From Massalongia carnosa (lineage: Eukaryota), in assembly GCA_965645245.1 (NCBI GenBank), contig OZ287073.1:2232001-2296000 (forward strand): 64,000 nucleotides of DNA, written 5' to 3'. Position 1 is the stretch's first letter. Every line of letters starts with the position of its first letter. This document shows positions 49,006 through 62,503 of this stretch, piece after piece. The position numbers and the translations under genes were made by a program. Below the pieces are notes generated by a model. It saw nothing but the letters and a program-made list of their open reading frames with translations. It did no database searches and was not told the origin of the DNA.

Positions 49006-50068
49006 GCCAAGCAGTTACTATCTTTAGAGTTTTGATGTTTCGGTTAGCTGTTAATAATTGTTCGTTCCAGCGGCGCGAAATATCTATTCTCTATTGTTAA
49101 TAAGTCTACAGAACATGATTACGTGTTCTGGAGTTTGTCTGTGCTAGCCACATGGGCAGTCCGGCGAGGTGACGGCGGGGACCCGTCGCTGGTAAAGGAA
49201 GTCAGCTAGACCAATCTTACCGGTGCGGATCTGTGTTGTCAGGGCGTTTTCTGCCTTTTTTAGCGGCATGTATATTTTCAGTTGTTTTTTGCTCAGTAGG
49301 ACTGATTGCGCTGTGGAGGGTTCGGTGACGCGATTTTGATATGTACTCTACGAGTTGTTCCAGACTTTCAGCTGTCGTGTTTTTGAAACGGGGAGACCTT
49401 CTCCCAGCAGGCTTTCACTACTGGAAGATGGGATCCACAGGGGCTACACAACGTGATAGTTAAAATAGAGGTACAAATAGGTTGGGTCGGGTCAAAGGGT
49501 AGACTAAATGCTACCCTTTTGAAGTGCTTGATCATTCATCTATATAGAACAGGACAATCCACAACCTAAGCTCTTCTTCCGTATCTTGCCCATACTACCT
49601 GGTATTTTCGGTCACCGAAACACTTCGGTCACCGAAAGACACGGGTAGATGAGACTAGGCAGGCGAGCTAGGGGAGGTGAGGCGAGGCGCGGGGATAATT
49701 CGTGTACTACGAAAACACCTCCATAATAAGTTAAGTCCCCACACTATGCCTAACTGGGTTAGGCGGGACCTTATTGTCTTGGTGGTTGTTTTGGCTGTAC
49801 GTATCCCACATAGCCACATAGGCCAGTCTTACGTTCAACGAACGCATACTAGGCCTACCCTATTACAGTTTTAATTGTCCGCATTTGTTTTTGACGAGCA
49901 AACGCTGCTACGGAGACTTCGCGGAGATTCGCTGGGGGGGGGTGTCGGACCCTGATAGGTGTGCTTTGGGTAGTTGAACGATTTTTCTGGTAAAAACTTG
50001 AGAAAATAATTAAATTATCAACTTTAATCAATACAATAAAAAAGCATTACATTCGCCACAAACGAGTT

Positions 50069-50554
50069 TGTGACGAAGCGAGATAGTGAATAGATTTCTA
50101 CTATTGCGCCACCTGTCCTTCCCGACCAAAAGGCACAATACTTAGTCCGCAGACTAAGCTCTATTCTACTATAACTGGGACTCCTGCTATGTGTTGGATG
50201 TTAGATGATGAGGCCACCATCATGGGCATCCATCATGAGCCTCGGGAGGTGCCTTGCAAAGTGCCTAAACAAGCAGAGATGGGAGACAAGGTCTGATCGT
50301 CAGGGGGACAAGGTCTGACCGTCAGGAGGACAAGGTCTGACCGCCAGGAGGACAAGGTCTGACCGTCAGGGGGACAAGGGCTGACCTCCTAGATGTGACT
50401 GTTTTGTAACTGCTATATAAAGCAGACAAATAGCCCACATAGATAATTACCTTCAATGACAATCATGCTACTATACCTACAAAGTGACTTTATATTTCAT
50501 ACTATGTTCGCTGTAGGTCCTGCCGTCCGCACCACGCATGGTCGAACCGTTACA
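50069..50554. repeat. Solo LTR (same family as 27993-28163) holding a nested solo LTR, inside a MITE end fragment (about 50052-50598)
   Basis: TSD GAGTT; the MITE TIR CCCGTTGCGCGGCGTA ends at 50598. Confidence 0.88.
50192..50501 (+). repeat. 310-bp solo LTR (TG...TA) with five 22-bp tandem units
   Basis: TSD CTATG, GGACAAGGTCTGACCGTCAGG repeats and a TATATAAA box. Confidence 0.8.
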
Positions 50555-50926
50555 GAGTTGGGTTTTCAGTAGAGATTCCCGACCCGTTGCGCGGCGTATC
50601 CATGGAACATAACTTAAGCAACTTTGCCCGCATGGACCGGCCTACGAGAGGTGATATATCGGATTATGAACGGAAAATCATTATTATAATCATTGAGTTA
50701 GGATTCGAATATGCATAAGACAACTTAGAAAGCAGACCAACAAGATAGGTACTGATAGATTTTGCTTGAACTCGTGATTATTAGACTCTTCTTGCCGATT
50801 GAACTAGAAAAACCAATATTTTAGAAGCCATTACTCACCCTCGGTGAGAACCGCAGGGGTTCAACAAATCCTGCGATTTCATGCACGCAATCATCGCTTA
50901 CCTCATCCTCGTCTGTTTTGTCGGCC

Positions 50927-51829
50927 CTATCTTGGTATCGTCATCACATCCTGATTTCCATTCAAGATGTTTTCCTAGTTATTATCAATCCCACTCTCTA
51001 CCTTTTCAGCCGCCTCCTCGCTCTGTTCTTGGGACATGTGGTCGCCCAAGCACAGAATGCCGACTACCTTGTCCTCTTCCTTCGCCTTCTCACCCTCACT
51101 TTCGACGTGCATTTCAATCTCAACGTATTTGCGAATTTACCAGATCTCCGCCGTATTCTCTTTGTCGAAGATCCCGATCAATTCTTCCGTGTCGTCATTC
51201 TTCGCTTCTTTCTCTTTTATTGCCATTCCTCCGCCTCTGAGCTTACAGCCTCTTGACCTTTTGTCGACGCCATTTCCTTCCTTGCGTCCAAGAAAGCTCC
51301 ATCTTGTACGGCGCGATTGCGTACCATGACTCGCACAATCGCGCCAGAAGTCAGGTAGGTGGAAATAATCAGCGCATTTGTGTCCTATTTCTTTTGATAA
51401 TATCGACATTAGCTTTCGATTTCTCTTCCCCTCCCTTGCAGTGAGGTTCAGAGCGAAAACGTCATGATTGGGCAGATTGAAATGCCCGACTTCCCACGCC
51501 GCTTCGGAAAGAAATTACATTACATCGAAAAAAACATGATTCCATTAATGATAGATAATATCACGCTAGGGCGTATGAACGGTATCAGTGTAAGGATCCT
51601 GAGGGATTGCTTCGGGGTTGTCTTGATAAGCTCGCGCGAAAGCTTGAGCAAAAGGCCCAAAGTCATTGAAATCGTTCTAGCCTGATGGTGAGGTTCCATA
51701 TTTCTCAGAAGGTAGGATGGCGGGCCATGCGCAAACCAGGATAGCAGAGTCATCGTCAAAATATATGATCCGAAAAGCAGGATTGAGCGGGTCGTTTGTC
51801 GAGCCGATGAGTTTACGGGAATAATGCAT
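50927..51829 (-). pseudogene. Pseudogene of unknown function
   Basis: One continuous protein-like frame from ATG 51829 (MHYSRKL..ILVCAWP..YQDNPE..WNHVFFD..HLPDFW, acidic tail) broken by about six TAG/TAA stops. Confidence 0.5.
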
Positions 51830-52592
51830 TGATGATAGATAGTGCCGGTTGCTAGAAAGAAGTATGATGGATGTTGCTAAGAAGCCAAGTGCGTTGAGAA
51901 TTGTGGTTAACGCTCAGTTTGAAGCCGAGATGATATTCGAGTAGTCAATTCTCGCTAAGCTGCATAGAATTTGAAAGAATATCGAATTCATGGCGAACAT
52001 TTAAGGAATTCAGCTCTGCTACCTCCGCTCTACGGTCTCCGGGCTTGATCCTCAGGCCTCAGCTGCGAAAGCTCTACCATTAATTGGTGAATTGTTATGT
52101 GTTGAAACTGTGACTGCAACAGGTAGAATGGTAGGACTGGGCAATTGGTATAGATAGTTCGACAAACGAGTTTTTCACATGCAAAAGAGACTGGGAGAAA
52201 CGATTTACTTTTATCACTACGTAGGGAAAACTTCTCCTATCTATGCCCGTTCATCAGTCATTTCAGAAGCTTTCATTTTCATCTCATGGATTGCCTTTTT
52301 CGATGCAATTTCTGACTTCTTGCATATTTGCCATCGGCACCGACGTCGATGTAAACTGCCTTGTCAGTTGGTTTCGGCACCTGGCATCGGTTGCGCGTTT
52401 TAACATCATGTTTGAGTTTCAATCCCTGACAAACGTTCGAGAGTAAAATTCCTTTTCTTTCTGACTAGTTCCTTGCGGCACTTGCCGAGGTTACTCGGCC
52501 CATTTCAACGAGTTGGACGAAGACCCAACAACGCTGATCTCTCCTCGTAATACTTCAATCTTGTTAAATTCTTTGGAGAAAAGTTGCAGAAA

Positions 52593-53518
52593 ATGGGTTT
52601 CTGGTGTGGGAAATGTCAGCGGAGCTTTGCACACAATCAAGCATTGATACAACATCTTGTCAACGCTTACATTCATAATTACTGCTTGGTTTGTCAACGC
52701 GACTTTGTCACCGATTCGGCTCTAGCACAGCACCAGCGGACAAGTTCGAACCACAATATTTGCGGTCGGTGTGGATCGGATTTTGGTGATATCGATGATC
52801 TCTCCGAGCATATCGAACAATATCATTGGCACTGCTCACGATGCAATGTCTTTGTCGACTCGGAGCCCATGCTGCGAGAACACTATGTGGAAAGCTCGGC
52901 TCATTACTACTGTGGTCCTTGCAAGAGAGAATTCTCAAGTGCAAGCAATCTCAGTGCGGTCAGTCATTCCATCTCCTTCAACAAGATAGCACGAAGCTTA
53001 ACAGGCTATTCTTCAAATAGCATCTTCGCTCAGCCATCCATGTCGGTCATACAGTTAGATGCGTAGGTTGCACTCGACTATTCCCCACAATCTCCGCCAT
53101 GACGATCCATCTCGAATCCGGAACCTGCGTGTCTGGCGTTGATCGTCAAGCAGTCAACGACACAATCCGCAGCCGCGACACAGATCACCTCATCACGGAG
53201 CGCCTGCTTACCTATCCCAGCGCGAACGGACGAGTTGATGATACCTGGGCCACCACTGCCGCTTGGAATGGCCGGGCCTATGAGTGTTATTTTTGCCCTC
53301 GCGAGTTCCGAACTCTTCCAGCCTTGAACCAGCATCTGAAGAGCCCGGTGCACGAACAGAAGATGTACAAGTGTCCTAAGTGCGCCACCAAGTTTACTCT
53401 TTTTAGCGGACTGGTGCAACATGTCGAGAGTGAGTCATGCGGCATTTCGAGATTCCGAGAAGTCAAGATGACCATGGATCGCATTACTTCGGCTCTTACC
53501 CGCATGATCTCTCAGTGA
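52593..53518 (+). CDS. Multi-C2H2 zinc-finger protein
   Basis: About eight CxxC...H...H/C fingers. An intron at 52959-53020 (GTCAGT..CTTAAC..TAG) joins the two ORFs in frame. Confidence 0.88.
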
Positions 53519-54529
53519 ACCCGATTGAGTCCTTTCAAACATGGTTGAAGGGGTTGAGCGGCATGATAAAGTCATTCTATCAGTGAAAGGCGGGCCTGTT
53601 CAAATAGAAATATAATAATTCATAAAATCTTTGGTGCACTGAAACGTTTATCCATATCCTCTTTCGCGCTATTACTCCTGTGGTGTAGTCGCAATGAAAG
53701 CTTCACGCGTCGCCTCGTAACTGTTGCAAAGAAATCGGAATTGCCTCATCTGCAGTTGCCTTAGACGGTGCCGAATTTATTCGAGTATCGAAAGCCGAGT
53801 TATATTCGAATGACCGAGGTTGCGTCGGATAGAACCGTGACATTCTTGTTCTCGAAAAATTTAAAACGTCAATGACTTTTCAGAATTAGTCTAGCCACCA
53901 GGTTAAGTTGAATCACTTACGTCGGAGACGTTTATATATGAGTAAATGTACTTCGTAGATGTTTTGCACTATTACAGCCGTCGAGCGTTGATCTTAACCA
54001 TGTAGGCTAAATTTAATGAGGTATTTATAAAGTAAAAGGATATGTATCATTGAAAGCTCTCTACGCAACAATGCACACACTGATAAATTCTTGGGTCATG
54101 GCATTTGGAGGTGCATTGTGAGGCGTAGAGCAATTTTTTACAGTAGTAGAGGGCAGGCCTGGGGGAAGGGAAGCAAGAGGGTCAGAAGGGGTTTATTTAG
54201 AAGACGTGGTTACAGATACCCAGATTCGCTGGTAATGGAGTGGACTACACAGTGACGTACTGAAAGAAACTATCAATTTTGGCTTGGAGGGTAGGAAAAG
54301 GCTGGGGTACTCCGTACCTTCAGATTTTACCCATAACCGAGTGCAACATCCAACTACGTTAATAGGCTGTCCTGCATTATCTCAAACTCCGATGAGAGCG
54401 CAAGCACTTATGGTATCATCGACTCGAAGATCATTTTCACAGAAAAGCATTGCGGCATCAAATGTTTCTGGGCCGCCTATGTTAGGTGAGATGGACCTTG
54501 AAAGGCCAAGGCTACTTAATCCAATCCCT

Positions 54530-54680
54530 TAATCGTGCCACACCACCAGTAATCGTTTTAGTAAGCGAAAACGATTACCGGTGGTGTGGCACGATTAGTG
54601 CTTAATCGCGCTAAACCACGTTCGGATTGGAAGGGCATCCCTTAGAGTACTTCCATTCCGAAAGTGGTTTAGCACGATTA
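54530..54680. repeat. Two adjacent palindromic mini-elements (54530-54597 and 54603-54680)
   Basis: Each is a near-perfect hairpin bounded by TAATCG...CGATTA. Confidence 0.75.
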
Positions 54681-55135
54681 ACACAACAAACTAACTAGGA
54701 CAGTGCTTTGGCAACCATTCGCTGAAATTCTGGGCCATTGCTCATAGCCCCCAAGCAAACATGGCCATCATGCTAGGATCTAAATTATGCCTCAAAGGAC
54801 GCGATGAGGTCCTCTTCTTCACTGCCTCACGGTCGGTCAATGCGAAATACAACAGCATTACGGTCTTCATCAATTTTAGAAACAAACTTGTCACAAATGT
54901 CGGTACTGGGAGCCCAGAAAAAGGAGCCTTTTCTATACGAAGACCCCATGACGGTTGCCGACTCTCCATGATGGAGTTCATGCCAACTGGAGGTGGGGAA
55001 CCTGCTGTGACAGGACGTTTACAGCGCTAGGAGACAATCTAAAGAATCATAGCTCATTTTTGGAAAGCCTATCGCGTGGACAAAACGTGGTCTAGATGAA
55101 TCCACCCTGAACGGATGGGGTGAACCGGCGTTAAC

Positions 55136-58100
55136 ATGCAGGATACAGCCTTGTGGCACCGGCTGCTCAGAGCCTCATCTTCTGGGGATAAAAATCAGGC
55201 TGAAGTACAACTTATTTTGTGTACGTTTTTCCCAATGCCTCTCAAGCAGTCTGATCCAATGGCTCCATTAAAAGAATCACAGACTGTTCTTCGATGTGAA
55301 GGGTCTGGATGCACGAGTGCGGCCTCAATCCCTAAGTCACTCTGCCTAAATTGCAGCTCGATCTATTGCGAATCTTGCTGGGACATTCAAGGCCCACATC
55401 AGCCTGGCAAGACTGGTCCTGATGGCCTTCCTCACGAAAGGACGGACAAAGAAATTTATGAGCGGCTTAAACGGATTCTTGACCCACCGGAGAGTGTCTC
55501 TGAGCTTAGTCGCCTGCACCAAGAAGATGAGAGTACTACTTGGTTTGGCATAGAAAAAGACCTCAATGGCCCTCCTATTTTTCAGGATCATGGCCGCTTC
55601 GCTGCTCTCATGGCAGATACGAAGCAACCAAATTCTGGCGTGCGATACCCTCAACTGGTTTCGTTTGTTGGGGAGACAGGTGAGCAATGCTTTTTCTGGT
55701 GCAGATCATTCTCCTGAATCTAATGCGTGGACTTTAGGAGCAGGAAAGAGCACTCTGATCAAAATGCTTGTATCTTTAAAAGAGCATAAGCTTCCAATGC
55801 ACGCGGATTCATCATTCGAAAGCCCCGTGGTTGGCTCCATGAAGCATGACAAATCGCCAACTTCTGGCGACGTCCATCTGTATGCGGATCCGGAGACTGC
55901 ATACACCAGACTGCCCATGCTATACGCAGACTGCGAAGGACTACAAGGCGGCGAAATGGAGCCTGCAGCCAACAAGTTGCGGCAAAAGAACAAGAATACT
56001 CACAGTCAAGGGCGACAGCGCTTCTTCAAGGGCCAGCCACGCGAGCTCGTCTATGCGAAGTCGAACAGTGATGCAAGAAATAGGGAGTGGGCCGTTAAAA
56101 GAGTGTATCCTCGCTTGCTATATACCTTCTCGGACGTCATCGTCTTCGTCCTGCGAAACACTAGGTAAATTTCCCCCTGATTTGGGCCACGCTAGACTGA
56201 CGGGATAGGACTTTTGAATCCTCTGCGCTTACACTACTTCTTGATTGGGCTTCGACGTCGCTTGAATCTTCTATCAATCAACCAACAATCCCAAATGCAA
56301 TCATTGTGCTTAACGCCACACATCCAAGCGTCGATGATGATGAATGGGACCCCCTTACAGCAACTGAGCGCTTGATGCAACATGTCGCCAACGCGGTGTT
56401 TGAAAACTCCTTCTTTGTCAAATATGCCGAACACTGGCGTAAAAAAGGGAAAAAAATCAACAACATGTTGGATCTTGTCCGCTGCTATTATGCAGACATA
56501 TCCGTCGTCCGCATTCCGGAAAAAGGCCGTTACATGTTAACCAATTCCCAGATCAACAAGCTGCACCACCGGATTGTCTTACACTGCGACGCATCCTTCA
56601 GCGCGAAGGATGATGCACATATGTTATCCAACGTTGAGGAGTTGGATGCATACCTGCAGGCCGGGTTTGACCACTTCACAACAAAAGAAGATCAACCGTT
56701 CAATTTTGTCGATGTAGCTCTTCGAAACAATCCTATTCCTCGAGACTTTGGAGACCACATCCTTGCCATGGCAGCCAAAATAAGAGGAGTGACGCATGTA
56801 CGTGATGGTCCTCACCTCTTCAGAATTCTTAGTTCCATGGTCGCGTCGTGTATTTTTACTGATTGCATAAGAGCAAGTAGACCAGGTAAGAATACGCCAT
56901 AACGGATCGAGGGATCTTGGACTGATATACTTTTTGATAGGCAAAGCATTGGACCTCTTCGATAAGTTCTACGCAAACTCTTGTGTTGCAGCGCTTGAAC
57001 ATTTCTGTGATAGATACTGGCCCTGCAGTTTTGTCAGCAGAAAAGGTAAGGCCTGTGTGAATGTGAAATCTTCTCATACTGCCAAAGGCCATCAGACGGC
57101 TAGAGGCAAAATTATCTCATCTGGGCCCTACGAGTCTGCGTTTTCGTCTTTCAATTTCTCCGATCAATGGAAAACCTTCCTCAAAAATCGGTTGCGAGAA
57201 ATCGAAGCCGAATTCCAAGAGAAACGAAATGCTTCCGTGCCGAAAAAAGACGACCCTCTGACTGTCAACGATAGAATTCTAGCGTATGATCTTCACAAAA
57301 AATGCATGGGACGCTTCTTCCGCTCCTACGAAGGGTACAATGCATCTAACATTATATGTCTCACTACCTGCTACTGTTGCCTTATGGAAGTTCCTGAGCA
57401 TCCTTTGCAGTGTGGCCATGTGCTGTGTACCGGATGTATCAAAGCATACGGTTATCAACATGACTCTCACTCAATGCTTATGGATTATTGCCCACTTGAT
57501 TCGACCCAAACCTTTGACAGACCGTGGATCATCCATTTTAAACCAGATTATGCTGGCGTGAGAATACTCACACTCGATGGGTTTGTAGTGTTTTTGAGTA
57601 TAGAATGTATGCTTTGGCTAACTGGATTCAGCGGCGGCATGCGTGGTATCTTGGAACTTGAGGTTCTCAGAGCTATCGAGTTGGCACTTGGTGGCAAGAT
57701 CCCAATCCAAGCGTTCTTTGACCTCATTGTGGGCACAAGGTATGACTTCGCCAGTTAGAAATTGAGCAGCTACTGACTCGCTCCTTTAGCACCGGTGGTA
57801 TCATAGCCCTTGGACTTGGCGTAAAACAATGGACTGTTAATCAGTGTGTCACTGAATTCGTTAGACTATGCGATCAAGCATTTACTCCTCGAGAATTCAG
57901 CCATGTTGTTGGCCTTGAGGAGGCCACAACTTTGCGCCACGGGAGCAAATACAAGACGAAACCCCTCCGCGAGGCTCTTCGCTCAGCCTTTGGAGACGAT
58001 TTGTTGTACGGCGGTTGCCGGAAAGCACACCTGAGCTACACCACTCAAGTCGCCGTAACAGCTACTTCTGGCACCGGCGAAACTGGGCTGGTTTTGGCAA

Positions 58101-59979
58101 ACTATAGTCGACACGAAGAGAGCGAGCCAAGTTACAGGTTTGAGTTTCCTCACCATCTTCAGATCTGGGAGGCAGCGAGTGCCACTTCTGCAGCGCCATC
58201 ATTCTTCAAGCCATTTAAAACCACCAGATTTCCTGTCAAGGCATACCTTGACGGTGCTTTGTATCACAACAACCCGGCTAGCGTTGCTAATCACGAAAGG
58301 AAGTTCTTGTGGCCTGACGTCGCCGAAAACCCTCCTGATATCCTCCTTTCTCTCGGTACCGGAAAATACGGTCGGCGGCTAGAAGAACAGATAGCGGAGC
58401 TTGACCCTCTTCCAGGCAGGCAACAACAAACAACACGGTCAAGCAACCCGGATATGGCTGCAAAGTCAAGGCGGAAAAACACGCCCAGATGGAAGCGAGG
58501 GAACTCTTACAAGCGAATAGCTAAACTTTTCAGTGTTCTTGTCGGTGTCCCCTTATGCTTTCGTACCTGAACATGGTGTCTACCGGACATGTATAACGCT
58601 AACAAGATCAAAGGTCAATCGAATCGACAATATCCTGGATGCAGAGCTTGAGTGGAGGCGATTTCGCAATGGCATGTCCGATGCAAAGCAAGGACAAGGG
58701 CAAGAATCGCGCTTCATCCGCGTGAACTTAGACTTATGGCGCGAACCTCCCAATATGGATGAAAAAGACAAGCTATCAGAGCTTCAAGACTTGGGCACCC
58801 GGCTGCTCAAAACGGACGAGTATCGAAGCATCATTGAGAAGATAGCTCACATGCTTGTTGCTAGCACATTCTACTTTTCCAAGGAACGCTTTTGGTACAA
58901 TGAAGCTTCTGGGACGTGGACTTGTACAGGTATGATTTGCTTTCCACATCCTCCACGATGCTTATTGTGACCGTTTGTTTGCAGGGAGAATTGTTTGTCG
59001 ATTTGAACGCAAACTCTCCGAATCACATAGCAATATGCGCGCTTTAGGAGACCACCTACGACATCAGCAGTCATCTGGTTATCAGCCATTTTTCACGGTC
59101 AAACACGGCATCGGCGACCCTGATAGAAACCAAGCAAGTGGTTGTAGTTCCCAGGGTGCAATTGCGCTAACTCATCAATAGATACCGATTACAGAGAGCA
59201 TGATTGAGGGCATGATCAACCGAGCAGAATTCCACTTCAATGACCCCATTAGTATAGATGTGCCATCTCAGCTCAGCTCTACGAACATCTATCTAAGGAT
59301 GAGGGGCATCCACAGCGAGCAAACAAGCTTTTATCCCATAAGCGGCTTCCCTAGAAGCTTGATCGCCGAGGATATGATCAATGGTACGTCTCTAGCTGTG
59401 ATCATAAAATTCCATTCGCTGAATCCAAAATCAGAAACACGCCTTGACAAGCGGGCTGAGCTCATCAAAGAGCGTCGTTATGGTGGTCTCGCTGTCGCCA
59501 GTGATCCCAAAGTTGCTTTATCGGGTCACGACGATCGCGCACCGGAAACGCCAACCAAGGAAACTCCGTACAACACCGGCGAGGATGGAGAAGAGAGTGC
59601 TCTAGCCAGAGCTGATAGCGCCAAAACCACCAACACTACTACATCCACCACTGCCTCCACGGGACGAACGACGAACAGTCGAGCCTCATCCCAAACCTCA
59701 GCTTCGCAACTATCCGGTGGTTCCTCTTCCTCTGCATCTAAAGCAGCCAGGCAGCGTTTCTCTCTTGCCGATCTAAGGGCCCAGGCCCAGGTTGCAGCTC
59801 AGGAGGGCCATGGTGTTCCAATTACGATCGAGGATGGGGATGCGCTCGCGAGAACTCTGTCTGCGACATTGTCGTTGGGTAGCAATGGGGTTGGTATTGG
59901 TATGGTGGGGGAGCCGGATTTTGGGAGTGATGATTCGGATGGGCCGCCTTCTGAGGGGGAGGAGGAGGAGACTGAATGA
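55136..59979 (+). CDS. Multi-exon Zn-finger / P-loop GTPase / RING / patatin-like phospholipase protein (start 55136 or 55235)
   Basis: Splicing 55680-55737 creates GETGAGKST. Also present are PTSGD, DCEG, RING-like CYCC..CGHVLCTGC..CP, and patatin motifs LDGGGMRG, GTSTGG (across introns) and DGALYHNNP. Confidence 0.85.
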
Positions 59980-60842
59980 ATGGGGGGGGGGGTTGAGTTG
60001 ATGAATTCATGATCTGACGATTGGTTTGGTGTAAATGATCTGGTTCTGTCTCTTCAGTCGAAAGTTCATCCTCTCGTATCAAGGTCTGCCCCCTTATTTT
60101 ACCCACTGGCCTCTGCAGTACTGCGCTCTCACGTCGTAGGTTCTTGTAGAGTTGCGGACCTAAGCAAAACATCTGAAAGCCTACCAACTAGTCATCACAT
60201 GTGACGGATATGACCCATCCCATTTTTCCATTGGAGAGAATGGTTGAAATGCTTTGAATTCTATTCAAAGGAACGATCGCGACAAGGCGAACAGATGTTA
60301 GTGCTCGTGAGACGGTAATCGTGCCACGCCACCAGTAGTTGATCGTTTTCGCTTACGATAGACGTAAGTCAATCAGTATTGTACGTTCACTTCCAAACGC
60401 TCGAAGCTACCGAGTAGATATTAGTCCAGCCTTGTAAAGCTTATCTCAGCAGTCAAGCAGCCAAGCTAACAGTTGATTCCTGCAACGGGGACCTATGTAC
60501 CTTTAGCTTCCTGCCGCCAACGATTGCTGTCTGCCACCCTCAACACCTTCAGTCGGCGGCAATGACGCGTGTGTCTCCCTCCTCGCAGTCTCAGTCGACT
60601 CCCTCATACTCACAGGAAAACGCCCCAGGACTCTCATCGTCTCGGGCGTCTGAGCCAGTATTTAGGGGCTAAATAGAGTAGGCTTGCTGCGTGGATAAAG
60701 GGAACGTTTTCTTGGCATTTTCTGTATGTATGTACAGTTTAGAACATATGAAACCTGGCAGGCGTCGTCGTTATCGTCAACGCAGGGTCAGAAGCGATCT
60801 GTTTGATGCCGGATAGGGACCGGGATGGTTTTCATTGATCAA

Positions 60843-61439
60843 TCATTTCTTTAACGATGATAAGCTCAAAACATACATGTGCAGCTTCATATCGACCTTG
60901 AAAGCTGATTCGTAGAAATCTCCTGACTGTGTAATACACATCCTTTCAAGACTCGGCGTAAAGTTGTCTCGACGCCCAGTCTTGTAAGCATTTTGACACA
61001 AATTGACTAACCAAGACTCGAGGCTAAAATGTATACACATAACACAAAAACGCCCGATTACGAAGACGCCACCTATTCGTGTCCTAGCTGCTCTTTATTA
61101 TCTTGTTATCTATGTAGTCGAGTCATTCCGTTCGAGTCAAGAAACGATCTGCACGGCCGTTGCATTCATTTTTTTCCCGTCACCGGTCAGCACGAAGGCT
61201 TCGAGAGTAGAATAGGGAAAAACAGACGAGAATTTCTTAAAACTTATATTTTCTGCTTCACCCCTAACGCGATCGAGTCCGGTCATGCAGAGCATATCTG
61301 GATTGACCACTCCCGGTGTGGCTGATCTAACTATTTTTCCGATGATTAGTCTATTTCTAAAGCTTCTCATGCTCCAGTCTGTAACATTCTCTGCTCTGGC
61401 CAATCGACATAAATGATCAAAGGAAGTGTTATTCTCCAA
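60843..61439 (-). pseudogene. Possible pseudogene
   Basis: ORFs 61137-61439 and 60843-61040 share one frame, separated by a few stops. No recognisable domain. Confidence 0.3.
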
Positions 61440-62035
61440 GATCTTCAGCGTTTATTGTGATTCTGCCGTTGTGGTTGTTGGTTAGGGGTCACGCATACAT
61501 AATAATCGTTCAGCGCATTTCATGGCAGTTTCAAGAGTATGCTTTTTCTTTTGGTTATCGTCGGACGTTTTTCGATATCGTGTCTCTTTTTCATCAGTTT
61601 TAGCACAATTACTGCATAGCTTCTTCTCTGTCCCGAGGATAGAAGGTTTGTTTTAAGTGACTATTCGTGTGTTTCGGATTCGTAAAATATGAATAACATG
61701 TTTCGTTTGCGAAAGAGAATGGGGTCATGGGAAATAAATTTCATGAAAGAGTGGAGAAAAGATGATAATGTTGAAGGTAAAATAAAACAGTGATTGAGAC
61801 AAAATTTGAAAATAAAATAAGTTGATTATACCAGCGTTGAAATTAATTATACCTTCTTCCGATGAACGATTAGATATGCGCTTTCTTAGAACCGCTGAGA
61901 GCATAAGTATCAATGCATCAATTCCGTATCGCCTACCCTTTATAACATCTATCATATAAATAGGCTGAATTCCTCTACCTCTTATTCTTTTCGCCTGAAA
62001 TCAGAGCAATCTTTCTGTCTCTCTTTATTCTGCTC

Positions 62036-62503
62036 TTGAATCCTGCTACGTTTGCCTTCTCTCAACCCTTTACGTTTATTTCAAACGACGACGAAGACCG
62101 AATTCCTATTCCACCCGTCCTCTTCCGCGCGATCAAATACACCTCGATCCTTGATCTCGAAGACGACGGAAACCCTTTTGACTTCGCCTACCGAAAAGTC
62201 CTCGTTATATCGTCAGGCCTTTACACCGATTCCTCCAATTATCGCGACGTAAACATTGCGGGAAACGGCGTCCGACTGATGCTGCCTTACAGAGTTGGCG
62301 AGCACGATTTCGCGAAGAGGAGCAATAATAAGATGTCCGAGAACTCTGTGGAGTTGTATCAGCATGAATATCAAGTGTTTGGCGTAGTGGATACGCGAGC
62401 TCAACGATTAGTCAAAATCTTTGAGAGTGGCTCGAGATGGTGGAGAGGGGAGATTGGGAGATTGACGAGGACGAGGTTGCGACTCCGTAGAACGATTTCA
62501 TGA
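62036..62503 (+). pseudogene. Possible gene remnant of unknown function
   Basis: Protein-like 155-aa frame without a clear ATG, decaying at the 3' end. Confidence 0.3.

Noticed and set aside
54530..60356. Composite transposon carrying the patatin gene between related TIRs
   Set aside because: The arm at 60316 points away from the gene, so the repeats do not enclose it as inverted ends.
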